Below, in pieces: positions 22,189 through 34,979 of a stretch of DNA of 54,986 nt. How positions within the stretch are numbered: the first letter of the stretch is position 1; every line of letters begins with the position of its first letter. This DNA is from Octopus bimaculoides (Eukaryota). The stretch spans positions 29,595,723 to 29,650,708 of the forward strand of contig NC_068984.1 in the NCBI RefSeq assembly GCF_001194135.2, read 5' to 3'. The position numbers and the translations under genes are program-made. Under the pieces are notes generated by a model. The model was given only the letters and a program-made list of their open reading frames with translations, had not been told where the DNA came from and searched no databases.

Positions 22189-22711
22189 CAGAGTCGACTC
22201 CAGGTCATCAGCGTCACCCGGGCTCATCACAGATTTCGCATAAGATACATGTATAAAAAAGGTAAGGCTTATATGTGCACATCGCAGGCTTATATGTGCC
22301 CTGATAATTCAACAGCAAGCAGGTTTGCTGCTTCTAACGAAGGAATGCCACAGAAATATAGTTTTGATATAAGAGTTATTTATACATGAACTCCAGTCGT
22401 CTTGGTTTCATGGCGAACTCGTGTAATATCCTGTCATGTAGCTCCTTCTTGTTGTCCAAGTCGTTCAAAATGCTTTTCTTGATGGAAATACGAGCCAGTG
22501 AAGAGAGCCACTCTTGGGCCATTGTGCTTCTCAGGTATGAGCAGATTCTATCCAACGTTGAGACACTTCTCTCATTAGCGACTGATGTTAAGGGGTTGGT
22601 CAGCACTAGGCTTAATTAGTTTAATGGATTCCAGCATAGCGGAAGTCAACTCCAATTTATACAGTAATTCTAATCTGAAGTTGATTGACTTGCATCTTGT
22701 GAAATCAGTGT

Positions 22712-22712
<1 letters not shown>
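22189..22712 (-). mobile_element. 3' end of a hAT transposon (C-terminal dimerisation domain and terminus)
   Basis: Minus ORF LTNPLTSVANERSVSTLDRICSYLRSTMAQEWLSSLARISI matches the hATC pattern (ERSFSxLKxIKxxLRSTMxQERLxxLA). Terminus reads CAGAGTCGAC from 22189. Subterminal 14-bp direct repeats at 22265-22278 and 22286-22299. Confidence 0.85.
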
Positions 22713-22761
<49 letters not shown>

Positions 22762-22815
22762 ACACACACACATACACACACACACAAACACGCACACACG
22801 CACAAGCACGCACAC

Positions 22816-22848
<33 letters not shown>

Positions 22849-23280
22849 TNNNNNNNNNNNNNNNNNNNNNNNNNNNNNNNNNNNNNNNNNNNNNNNNNNN
22901 NNNNNNNNNNNNNNNNNNNNNNNNNNNNNNNNNNNNNNNNNNNNNNNNNNNNNNNNNNNNNNNNNNNNNNNNNNNNNNNNNNNNNNNNNNNNNNNNNNNN
23001 NNNNNNNNNNNNNNNNNNNNNNNNNNNNNNNNNNNNNNNNNNNNNNNNNNNNNNNNNNNNNNNNNNNNNNNNNNNNNNNNNNNNNNNNNNNNNNNNNNNN
23101 NNNNNNNNNNNNNNNNNNNNNNNNNNNNNNNNNNNNNNNNNNNNNNNNNNNNNNNNNNNNNNNNNNNNNNNNNNNNNNNNNNNNNNNNNNNNNNNNNNNN
23201 NNNNNNNNNNNNNNNNNNNNNNNNNNNNNNNNNNNNNNNNNNNNNNNNNNNNNNNNNNNNNNNNNNNNNNNNNNNNNNNN

Positions 23281-23335
<55 letters not shown>

Positions 23336-23357
23336 CACTTATATATACATACATATA

Positions 23358-23485
23358 CGACGGGCTTCTTCCAGGTTCCGTCTACCAAATCCACTCACAA
23401 GGCTTTGGTAGGCCCGAAGCTATAATAGAAGGCACTTGCCCAAGGTGCCACATAGTGGGACTGAACCCGGGACCATGTGGTTGGT
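23358..23485 (-). mobile_element. 5' half of Ceph/OR-like SINE, adjoining its (CA)n/(TA)n microsatellite
   Basis: Minus strand CCAACCACATGGTCCCGGGTTCAGTCCC (B box)...GGCACCTTGGGCAAGTG...GCCTTGTGAGTGGATTTGGTAGACGG. Homologous to 35299-35396. Confidence 0.8.
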
Positions 23486-23879
23486 AAAAATATATAAATA
23501 TTTTAGCTCGCTCATTAAGCTCTTACACTAAAAATATATAGGGATACTTGTTTTCTAGAGAGTTCATATGTTGCATAGGAAATGAGTTAGCAAACTCTTC
23601 AAATTTATTAATGTCTAGTAATTAAAAAAAATGCTTACTCCTGAATGGCAGAAATTCTATGTCGCAAGGACATTAAAGTGTTATCAGTTATCTCAAAATA
23701 GGTAGAAATCTTCTTCCTTTCAAGCAGGATTTGATTTTGGAAAGAGGAAAAAGTCACAAAAAGGAACATCTGGGGAATACGGCGGCTGTCGAACCTGGCG
23801 AATGCTGTGCCTAGCCCAAACCCGCTACACAAGCTCCGCTTGATGGGCAGCTACGTTGTCAGCTGAAAGCAGTTTTCAC

Positions 23880-24440
23880 AAAAACTCGACAGTGTAATCA
23901 CCTTCTCAATGGCCATTCTTATGCGATTGGCCATTGGTGAAAGAGGGATTTAAACACTGCTGCGCTATTTTGTGTTTCGTGCCGTGATATGGGTCGTTTA
24001 GATTCTTGGATTTGTCTTGAAATGGTATTAAATTAAGTAGGCTCTTCAATCCCAAGCTATTGCAGTACATGGTCCTCAATTTAGGCGGAACCTTCGAAAC
24101 CTTTGATACAGTGCAGTGATGCGCAGTTCGGAGTGTTTGTATAGCTGCCAATGCCAAAGTTTGGTATCAACCCTTTCATAATCTCCCATACGCATATCAC
24201 TATATATCTCTCCCGGCTTTGCCCCAGGGAGTGGACTGGTAGCGCCTTTAGTATCTCCTAGTAACCAAGCTGTTCCACTGATGCAAATTTCCTGGCGTAG
24301 CACCGCTGAACTGCTTCAAGTTCCCCTGTTAATTTTACACTTTGGGGTGACCACAGTCGAGAGCAGTAATCCAGATGGTTAATTACAAAAGTCCTCCATA
24401 GAACCGCATAGTTTCGCGGTCCCTTCTCCTGACGAGTCAC
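23880..24440 (-). mobile_element. Decayed CR1/L2-type LINE, C-terminal ORF2 fragment
   Basis: LWRTFVINHLDYCSRLWSPQSVKLTGELEAVQR...LGY(W), then CTVSKVSKVPPKLRTMYCNSLG...LNLIP. Fits the CR1 post-RT pattern LEYxxxxWSP...LExVQR...Y.ERL. Confidence 0.8.
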
Positions 24441-24805
24441 AAAATACATCGGCCATTCGATTGCACAAACACACACGTATATATGTGTATACTTGTGTGG
24501 ATTTCGTGATGCAAGCAGGAAAAATAGAACTCATAAGATGAATACGTACTAAGTTGGACGAAAGTATGTATACAGTTGCTTGATATGAGTTAATGTTCGT
24601 TTCATTTCGTTACTTCTCCTTTTCTAAATTGAAGCAATTCATAAGTCGACTAAGAGATATGCGAGTGATGCCTACCTCATTGGAAGCCTTCTTTGATTTC
24701 TGGAGACTGTGAGTGATTGCTTGAACTACTCACATTAAGCAAAGGTATACATATTTTATTCCACTACTGTACATATATTTTTTTATCAATCTTTCATTCC
24801 TTCTG

Positions 24806-24847
<42 letters not shown>

Positions 24848-25840
24848 ACTTGGGGATGGTCATATTGCCAGTTTAGCCAATAAAAACACACGCACTGTAT
24901 ATTTGGTGTTAATTTGCTTCAGCTTTATATTACATTAATCTTATCATTATTTGCTTTCTTTTGTTATTTAATTTTCCTGTCATGCATTTACCATAGTAAT
25001 GTATTTCTCCGTAGCAAAATCAATACAAAAGCAGNNNNNNNNNNNNNNNNNNNNNNNNNNNNNNNNNNNNNNNNNNNNNNNNNNNNNNNNNNNNNNNNNN
25101 NNNNNNNNNNNNNNNNNNNNNNNNNNNNNNNNNNNNNNNNNNNNNNNNNNNNNNNNNNNNNNNNNNNNNNNNNNNNNNNNNNNNNNNNNNNNNNNNNNNN
25201 NNNNNNNNNNNNNNNNNNNNNNNNNNNNNNNNNNNNNNNNNNNNNNNNNNNNNNNNNNNNNNNNNNNNNNNNNNNNNNNNNNNNNNNNNNNNNNNNNNNN
25301 NNNNNNNNNNNNNNNNNNNNNNNNNNNNNNNNNNNNNNNNNNNNNNNNNNNNNNNNNNNNNNNNNNNNNNNNNNNNNNNNNNNNNNNNNNNNNNNNNNNN
25401 NNNNNNNNNNNNNNNNNNNNNNNNNNNNNNNNNNNNNNNNNNNNNNNNNNNNNNNNNNNNNNNNNNNNNNNNNNNNNNNNNNNNNNNNNNNNNNNNNNNN
25501 NNNNNNNNNNNNNNNNNNNNNNNNNNNNNNNNNNNNNNNNNNNNNNNNNNNNNNNNNNNNNNNNNNNNNNNNNNNNNNNNNNNNNNNNNNNNNNNNNNNN
25601 NNNNNNNNNNNNNNNNNNNNNNNNNNNNNNNNNNNNNNNNNNNNNNNNNNNNNNNNNNNNNNNNNNNNNNNNNNNNNNNNNNNNNNNNNNNNNNNNNNNN
25701 NNNNNNNNNNNNNNNNNNNNNNNNNNNNNNNNNNNNNNNNNNNNNNNNNNNNNNNNNNNNNNNNNNNNNNNNNNNNNNNNNNNNNNNNNNNNNNNNNNNN
25801 NNNNNNNNNNNNNNNNNNNNNNNNNNNNNNNNNNNNNNNN

Positions 25841-25877
<37 letters not shown>

Positions 25878-26147
25878 CTTATATATATAATATGTAGATA
25901 CATACACGCATATGTATATATGTGTGTGCGTGCGTGCATGTGTGTGTGAAAATATTGAAAAATATTCAGATATCCAATGAGAGGATAAAACTTATTAAAA
26001 CAATTGATAAATCGAAATTGGTATTAATATATAATCATATCAGAATGACGTTTTATCAAGATAGATATGAAATCACAGGTTAGCTAGATGAATAGTTGTA
26101 TAGATAAATAGCAAGAATGCTAGATAGAGAGATAGACAGATAGATAA

Positions 26148-26150
<3 letters not shown>

Positions 26151-26224
<74 letters not shown>
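26151..26224. repeat. (GA)n microsatellite
   Basis: Read directly from sequence. Confidence 0.95.
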
Positions 26225-26229
<5 letters not shown>

Positions 26230-26773
26230 TGAGGAAGAGAGAGAGAGATACTAAGGCAAATATAATACCAAGACAGTGTATAGGAAAAATATATATATAC
26301 ATGTGTGCGCGTTCAAGCAAGGTTTGTGTGTGTGTATACATATATATATATAATTATAGTTCACTGTTGAATAACAAAATAAAAAAATTTAAATTCATTA
26401 ATTATGTCAGCAAATCCATATCGATTCGGTTAATTCTTTTGCTCAAACTAGCGATTAATCTATTTAATTAATATTATCGATTTTTCACAAAAGTATTCGT
26501 CCTGTCAAACATTGGGTATGAATTACAATTAATCAAAAATGAAAAGAAGAAACTACTTTCAGATGATATGTAGAATTTAATTACGTTTTTCGGAAATAAA
26601 TGCGAATAAGTAGATGGAAATGATTAAATAAAGATATCAGCTAATTATATGCTGTAATTATTTAATTTCACTTTTTATTATCTGGGAAGTGCTTCCGTAC
26701 GTGTTATGTAGTGCTCACGTCTGAAGTCTAATCGCATGTTGTAGATGCCGTTTGTTACAAAATGATACACTTA

Positions 26774-26877
26774 ATCCCACATATGCATATGTATGTATGT
26801 ATGTATGTATGCATGTATGCATGTATGTATGTATATATGTATGCATGTATGTATGTGTATGTATATATATATGTGTG

Positions 26878-26962
<85 letters not shown>
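26774..26962. repeat. Compound (TATG)n-(CA)n-(TA)n microsatellite
   Basis: Read directly from sequence. Confidence 0.95.
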
Positions 26963-26964
<2 letters not shown>

Positions 26965-27435
26965 GTATATTATTTTCGAATCAAATGTGCACGCTCCATA
27001 TGTATGAGTGTGCATATGTTCATTTCTATTTGTATAAAAGTATGTACTGGTATATACGTAAATTGGATTGTCTTTAACGGCATATGTACATCAAGACGGT
27101 GCAGTGAAGTTTAGTGTTTCATCTCTGTTTTTATCATTATTTGCTTTCTTTTGTTATTTAATTTTCCTGTCATGCATTTACCATGGTAATGTATTTCTCC
27201 GTAGAAAAATCAATACAAAAGCAGGCGCGCTCGCGAACACATACGTACACAATTTATATGCGATTTGGAGAGATTTTAGAACTTGCTCAAAATACCTTAA
27301 TCGTTTTGTTCAAGATTTCAAGATTCCAATTAAAATATTATAGAAATATTAATAGTTGATATTCGTTTTTATTAACAGGTAAATACACTCTCGCACGCAT
27401 ACCCATCACATATACCACTCCACATGTATGTGTAT

Positions 27436-27466
<31 letters not shown>

Positions 27467-27588
27467 GTATACGTCTATTTATATGTATCTATAGGTGTAT
27501 ATGCATGTGCATGTATATGTCGACATACTTTATACACACAGACGAGCGCGCACACTCACACACACACACACACACACACATTTATACA

Positions 27589-27715
27589 CAGGGTGTCCAC
27601 AAAGTCTGGCTACATAGAGTAAATAAAATCATAACATAAACAATTAAATATAAGAAATAATAATTTCTTGAAGTATGTGTTAATCCCCATGTACCCAGAC
27701 TTTGTGGACACCCTG
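27589..27715. mobile_element. 127-bp Tc1/mariner-type MITE
   Basis: 27-bp TIRs CAGGGTGTCCACAAAGTCTGG(C/G)TACAT at 27589-27615 and 27689-27715 (1 mismatch). TA at 27716-27717. AT-rich core. Confidence 0.85.
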
Positions 27716-27719
27716 TAGT

Positions 27720-28730
27720 TAAGGTAGAAATATATACTTTTCATTCAAAGTTGTGAGAAAACATTGAAACGAAATTCTTCGAAGCAAAACCTCTTCTGAG
27801 TGAGATGGTGATGGATCTCGATTTGGGCGCCTCCAGTTGTGTCGAAACAAACATCAGTTCAGGTACGATTTCTGTTTACAAGTGAGCAAGCGGGTATTTC
27901 CTTGCCTCGACCGACAATTTTCTTTCATGAAGGTACCAACTAAATACACCACTTTTGGAATTTAAGAAAATTCCCGGATCAAGAAAATTCTTTTGGAGTA
28001 TATTGCTCGCTCGCACAAGTAAAATTTACATTCTCTGCTCTCATTGAGGTATGATCCGAGTTGTATCAGGAGCTTCCATTTTATCTTGATATGTGTATCC
28101 TCTTCTTTTGAATGCCATATGTAGTTGGCAAACAGCTAACGTCGCCTCTCTCTGGGATCCTAAAAGAGGACCAGTGAGTATTTAATCGTTGCTTAAAGGT
28201 GACCTCTGTTGCTCCAGAGTGTTTCAAAGGGTATCCTAACGCTATTGGTGCGGCTGCTGTTGTTGTTGCTGTATCTATCATTGCTGTTGCTGCTGTTACT
28301 GCCGGACACATTGCTAGCGTTGCAGCTGTTGCTTTTAGTGTGGTTTCTATTAACGTCGCCGGATGCGTTGTTGGTATTACTGCTAGTTTTGCCGCTGCTG
28401 CTACGATGCCATTGCTGTCGTTACTGTCGGACGCAATGCTGGTGCTGTTGTTGTTATTCTTACTCTTGTTGTAGTTGCTGCTTATTTCACAAGCTTTGCT
28501 GCTGCTACTGATGGACACCCACTCAGCCTCGTAGACTGCGTCCACGGAGATGCCTCGACCACCAGCTGAATATTCACTGTTAACCCTACATGAGAACACT
28601 GTCCCTGCGCGGATTTTAGTGGCGTTCACTAAATTCTTTTTAACACTATGAGCACATTTGTATGATGTCCTTAAGATGTGTATACTAAACAATCGTCCGT
28701 ACCTACGTGTTGTGTGCAAAGCTTTCCCAA
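27720..28730 (-). mobile_element. Decayed Penelope-like element: GIY-YIG endonuclease region and probable 3' pLTR, split by a low-complexity insert
   Basis: Minus translation SCRVNSEYSAGGRGISVDAVYEAEWVS-[insert]-KHSGATEVTFKQRLNTHWSSFR...ANYIWHSKEEDTHIKIKWKLL...SRECKFYLCE...LNSKSGVFS. Parallels the PLE pattern CNCR..CPL.G.C..VVYxA..YIGxTE..FKxRxxxHxxSF..KYIW.LK..IKW.I..CxLCxxE..LNKRSE. Confidence 0.8.
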
Positions 28731-29044
28731 CAATATATATATATTTATATATATNNNNNNNNNNNNNNNNNNNNNNNNNNNNNNNNNNNNNNNNNNNNNN
28801 NNNNNNNNNNNNNNNNNNNNNNNNNNNNNNNNNNNNNNNNNNNNNNNNNNNNNNNNNNNNNNNNNNNNNNNNNNNNNNNNNNNNNNNNNNNNNNNNNNNN
28901 NNNNNNNNNNNNNNTATATATATATATATATATATATTGTATAAAGGGTCATGGGTAAGGCCAGAACAGTGCAAAGTAAATGCAAGGCAAATCCCAAGGA
29001 AACATATATATGAATTAATGTAGACTTACCTTGCATTCAATATT

Positions 29045-29420
29045 TCGGGGTTATGACCGCATTTTCAAGAAACTGGCGAATTTTTCTCCAGGACCCGTTT
29101 GAATGTTATGAGATCTATTTCTTCTCTTATGTGTCTTGGCATGGTGTTGAAGAGAGCGAGGCCAGCTGTGGTGAAATATTTCTGTTTTAATGTTGCAGTG
29201 CGATGTATGATTATCACTGAGATGGATGGCAAAGGGAGGAAACCTTGAGTGAATTTCATTTAAAGTTGATGCCAACTTCATTTGGTCAGTGCTGTTTGAA
29301 TATTTCCACTTCATACAAATAATATAGTGCCCACGGCACTTTGGGGATGAAAATATGAGTTTCCCGAGACGATCCCAATAATCAAGACTTGCCATGTCTC
29401 TTTTCCATGTGATCGATCTC
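29045..29420 (-). mobile_element. Decayed CR1/L2-type LINE 3' ORF2 fragment (same family as 31960-33140)
   Basis: EAPQRSIT...MASLDYWDRL...; KYFTTAGLALFNTMPRHIREEIDLITFKRVLEK. Confidence 0.8.
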
Positions 29421-31959
29421 TGTGGTGCTTCAAATGTTTGGAAACGATATCTAGACACTATAATTAGTATATTACACAAAAACGTGTCATTATCTCAAAT
29501 ATTTATTTAAAAAAAATTCGTTCTATAGGAATATTTACACTGTAATTTATTATATGTTAAACTAGTAAAATGAAAAAATCTAGGGATCTGAGCCAAATGC
29601 CTCCTTGTAATCTTACCAAACGAAGTACAGATCCTTTCTAGCTTGGTGCATCTAAGTTAGCTGAACGGTGTCAGTTATAGTGTTCTAAATACACCTCACC
29701 TTTCCAGATATTTGTTAATATGTGATGCTAATTTCACCGTTGCTCTGACACCGTATCGCATACAATTATGTGTTTGTTCGACAAACTTGTTATATTAATT
29801 TCTAACTTAATACTCGCCCCTATAAGCTAATAAGAATTCGTGATATGACTTTTTCTTTTGTATCAACAACTAACTATCGTATGTCTCCCTAGTGGATTCT
29901 ATTCTGAGTGATTTTTGTTTCTGTTCCAGGCATATCGTCATTGAAACTATTATTGTGGTGAATTATTCAGCACTGATTTCTTCAACGAACCGTATCTTTC
30001 CAAATTGCTCTCCAGATTGAATCTATTCCCTTTCTTCTTCCAAGGGAAGGAGCTCCTCTGATTTTGTTAATAGTTTTCACAATAGAATCACATAATTTCG
30101 ATTTAGTTATTATTTGATCTCTTTGTAACCAGTTGTACATTTGTAATTAAACGTTCGTTTTGACGGAAAATTATAATCTGTACTCGGTTAATACATAATA
30201 ATCATAGTGTAAATTTAAAATCTTTGAATACTGTAGCTGGTTTTCTTTTACATTTAATAACAACCCCAGCATTGCCAATGCTAACTTGTAGTCGAAATGC
30301 GAACTTTTATTTACACGATTTCAAAGTAACATGCACTTCAGTTTGCATTTAAAATTTCTATATATCATCATAAGCATGAAAGAAAGTAAACGTTTATTTG
30401 CCAATAAGTGGTTTAGTTTCTAAATATCTTTCTAAATCGTTAATAAACTTCAATACTATTTCTGGAATTATTAATAATAATCACGAATAAATGCATATGA
30501 CTATGCTTATATGCAAACATGTATATGTCTATGCATATGTGTACGTATTTACGTATGCATTTATGTGAGAATGTCTGAATGGAATTGTCATACTGAGAAT
30601 AGAAGACATTGCCTTACAATTGCCTTTCCCACATTGCTTGTACAAAAGAACGGTTTTCCTGACATATCGAAGTATTATCATATTACTATTTGAAGTTATT
30701 CTGCAATCTTTAATTTGTCTTGATGTTGAAAAGTACAACACAGATCAATGACTAAATATGATAGTAATATAGCTTATGTCAAATCTACGTATCCACATCC
30801 AACAGAGACAATAGAAACATTGCCTGAATTTGATGATGTCAGTTATGTTAGAATTAGATTTACTTCTGCCAAGAATCTTTTGATAGTTCTGTGAGCAGTA
30901 GATTATCTCTGTTAAAAGGAACAATACACGGGTGTCCATGTACAGGGCATAATAGATCACAATTGAAAGCTGACTATTTTATCTGACATCTACTTAGTTC
31001 GCAGCGTGAATTTGTGCTTCATGCCCTTAACTCACTCCAAATACATATTGTCTCAACGGGTGCTTCCCAGGAAGCCTTATGGTCTCCAGTGTCTACAATA
31101 TCTCTTTCGTCTTTTGTAATTCATCTGAACTGCAAACTATGAAAACGGCCAAAGAACTAAAATAATTTATCACATACAGAACGTCATGAACTCTCTTTGA
31201 TCTATTCCAAAGCACCACCGCATCCGTAACCTTATTCTATTGCTTTGATCTCACGCTTTCTCTGATTCTCTCCCATTCTGCTTTTCTTGTACATATGTGT
31301 AAGCTTATACACATATACCTGTATGTCCGTCTCTCTCTTTCTCTTTCTTTCTCTTTCTTTCTTTCTTTCTTTCTTTCTCTGAATCAATCTATATATCTGT
31401 ATGTATAGCTATGTGTTTCTCTGTCTTTGTATGTATATAAACACGTACACAAACACACACACACACACACATATGTGTGAGGGTGTGTGTGTGTGTGTTT
31501 CTGCGTGTGTGTGTTAAACGTATTGAGATGTACACACCTACACGTATACATAGGCATATCTCCTTAGGTATAGGAATCGGTTAATAAGTTCCTAACCTTT
31601 CATCTTTTTCGTCATATTCAATCAATTTTATCTGGAACAGGTTTACGATTTTAAATGTAATAAACGTATAATATATCTCTTCATTCAAACCTAAAACGGA
31701 ATTTTTCCACTAGCATAAACATAAGCAATAATCTTTCAAATATACATTTCCTGATATCTTTTGTTATAATAGAAAATTAACATTTTGTGTGGAGTGCGTA
31801 AATTATACCGCCAAAAGAAAGAGTATTGTTGTTTTTATTTACACTATGTAATCCTTATTTACGTAGTGGTAACGTATTGGTTACAAAAAGACTTTCCCTT
31901 TTAAGAAACCTCAAAGTAAACATAGTTTAATTTTGTTATATTGTAAACGTTTGTGTTTC

Positions 31960-33140
31960 TTCTGTGACCTTGCGTTTTAGCAAGGCTTTGACAGGTTCGA
32001 CCAAAATATACTCTTAAGGAAACTATCCAACGCTGGAGTCGGTGGAAAGCTACTTCAATGGATTGGGTATTTCCTAACAAATAGGACCCAGCATATTGTG
32101 GTTGATGGCATCCAATCAAGATCAGCAAAAGTCATCAGCAGTGTTCGCAGGGTCCACATTATTTGTTGTCTATAACAATGACATTGCAGATTCCATCGAA
32201 CCTAGCGCCATTAAAATATTAGCAGATGACTCTAAGCTTCAGAAAATCATTAAGGGAGCATATGATCGAACAATGCTTCAATCGGACCTATGAGCAGTAA
32301 CCCAGTGGGCACAAATAAACAATAAGCAGTTGAACAAGGAAAAATTTGAGCTCATCTTCCTACTCACAAATATATACTACCGTAGGAAGACCTACTTGAA
32401 CTGTCGGATAATATTAGAGACTTAGGTGTAACTGTCGACAGCAACATTAGCTGGAGTGTGCACATCAACAAAAAAGTCGATGTTTTCCGCAGAATGTGCT
32501 CATGGATCCTCAGAACTTTTTTCAGTGTAGGGATCATAAGACCATCACCCTTCTCTTCTCCACAGTCGCTAGGCCCCACCTCGAATACTGCTGCCCGTTG
32601 TGGTCCCCCTACAAAACAAACAAGACATAACGAGGATCGAGGCGCCACAAAGATCAATCACAAAAAATAAATGGCATGATGGGACTTGATTATTGGGCTC
32701 GACATAAACAGCTGAAGCTCTATTCACTACAACGCCACCATAAGCGATACATTATTTGCACCATGTGGAAAATATTCCACCAATCTAATCATTATGATAT
32801 CGGTATTATGTTTACAATTCACCCAAGGCAAGGCCCCCGTGCAATGCATCCCCTACAAGAATATTCCGACTAGATTTCTTCACTGCAAATGGTCCTACCC
32901 ATTTCAATGTTATCCCGAAAGAAATTAAAGTAGAAAAAAAAACGGTACCTGGACAAATTCCCCTGAAAAACCGGATTAACCACCTACACCTGGATACGTC
33001 GCAACCAGCAACAACTCTCTGCTTGAGTGGTCCATGGTATCCCGATATAACTAACTAAAATACTTTTTTCAGGTGGTGCTATTGAGTTAGTCATGGCCTG
33101 GGTCGATAATGGCCCAAACCAATCTAAGTTACCTAAGTTA
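31960..33140 (+). mobile_element. 5'-truncated decayed CR1/L2-type LINE with intact 3' end
   Basis: KA(F)DRFDQNILLRKLSNAGVGGKLLQWIGYFLTNR; YNNDI...ILADDSKL (RT YADD box); LDYWARHKQLKLYSLQRHHKRYII; 3' stem-loop at 33099-33116 and tandem CTAAGTTA tail at 33124-33140. Confidence 0.9.
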
Positions 33141-34934
33141 TCGTTTATAAGACATTTGCTTTATATAAAGTATAGAAATATGGAACAGAACTTTAACTAA
33201 TGACTGAGGAAGATACCTATGTACTTAGAAAAATGACCTATGAAAAACGTTATCAAGGGTTTGAAATTTGTTTTTTAATTGGAAAATGGGAAAAAAATAT
33301 TAGTGACAAATGCCAGCAAACCTCAAAGAAAATGGGTGATAATAATTTCCAGAAAATTATTAAAGGGAAAATGATTTTAATAATTGAAGTTTTGGAGACT
33401 TAGCAACATATAAAATGACAGTGTTATAAAATATATCGGTTCCAGTCTATGCCGTACCAAATGAATATGACTGATTTTGGTAGACCCCTATTTTTTGACA
33501 ATGAGGACTATAATGTATCATTATCTACTCAGAATCAGCAGTAAATATCTCTCACAGTTAAGCATCAATTATTTTCTGTTACATTGAGCAAATACTTCAT
33601 TTACGTCTGATATTAGGCCATATCAGTGGAATCTTTCTCACAAATACTGCAAGTGTATCTGAAAGTGAATATTTCTATTTTTGAGCTTTCCATTCAAAAC
33701 TGTCTTTCACCTCTGTCTTCCACAGTGAAAAATTTGCATTACATCCTTTAGAGTTACGAAAATGGATTGGGGGAATAGATAGAGCCACTCTATTTGTTCC
33801 ACTCTTAGTATTCTAATGGAATCGCATTCAACAACATTGATACCAAGCTGCATTGGCCTTGCATTCCTTTTAGACCACATCTATGGTTTAGAGAAGGGTT
33901 AGGAGTGGGGGTGAATACATGGCCAACAGCCAATCTTTTATTAAAAAAAAAAAAGCCTAGTCCAGACAGTTTATTATAGACAACAAAGACCATTGTACAG
34001 TATGAGCGAAAACTATGAAATGATTAGAAAGCCATTCATTCAGACACTATGTTTAATAAAATCTAAAGTTAATCGAAATATCAGTTGTACATTAAGTATG
34101 TGAGAATTAAAATTTGCTTGTTTCTGATAAATTTTCTAATGAAGTTCCAGAATGTATTCTGTGATATTCTCTGATTTAGAGTAATTTTATGGATATTGAT
34201 TCTTAATTTCATTTTCTATTCATCTCCCAAAACGATTTTCATGGCCAAAGACTACATAGCAAAATAAATTCAATTTACTTATCAGATGATTCCACAGACA
34301 GAAATTAAAGTATGACTACCTATTCTCTCAATTTTGGTAATGGGAAAATAGAAATATTAAAGCACCTATAACCCCAGGAAATAATACACCCGGAAAGAAA
34401 CTGTGATCAGTGAAGTGCATCGTAGAAAGGAAAATATAAGACCATATATACCTCTACAGAATTATTCATTGACTTTGGCGGAGTTTCACCACAATATTGT
34501 GCGTATTTAATAATCTATTAATTACTAATTGATACATTATTAGTTCATTAGTAACTTCAGACCAAGGCAGATCTATATTGCCTGATGCTGGAGAAAATGA
34601 CACAATTTAATAAAAGCTAATGCACGATAACGATGGTGTGCTGCACAAATGGAATACACGGTATAAATAGAACATATGAATTTTATAACTTCCTTTTATC
34701 TTTTACCTTTTAATTATTTCAGTCATTAGATTACGGCCATGCTGGAGCACCGCCTAAAGAATTTTTAGTCGAATCAGTTGACCCCAGTTCTTATTTTTTA
34801 AAGCTTGGTATACCTTATTCTATCGTGTATTTTGCCGAATCACTAAGTTACGGGTGTTTATACACACTAACACGCTTGTCTAGCGATGGAAGGGACAAAC
34901 ACACACACACGCACACACACACACACACACACAT

Positions 34935-34979
<45 letters not shown>

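Noticed and set aside
23775-23850. tRNA-like A-box and B-box words on the minus strand (TAGCGGGTTTGG...GGTTCGACAGCC)
   Set aside because: I could not build a cloverleaf or acceptor stem. At most a decayed SINE head.
27765-27805. Hammerhead-like CAGAAGA-GG...TC-GAAG-AATT-TC in the putative 3' LTR of the GIY-YIG fragment (minus)
   Set aside because: Two core substitutions and no credible stem I. The position fits a PLE LTR, but it is too decayed to call.
29910-30020. Strong plus-strand acceptor TTTTTGTTTCTGTTCCAG (another at about 33704-33725)
   Set aside because: Downstream frames are short, with no recognisable peptide or strong donor. Isolated acceptors are common in T-rich DNA.
30748-30894. 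48-aa plus frame MTKYDSNIAYVKSTYPHP...
   Set aside because: Weak acceptor, background base composition and no recognisable homology.
33590-33730. C2H2 zinc-finger-like YTCSICEK on the minus strand
   Set aside because: No Phe/Leu/His positions or TGEKP linker, and stops follow immediately.
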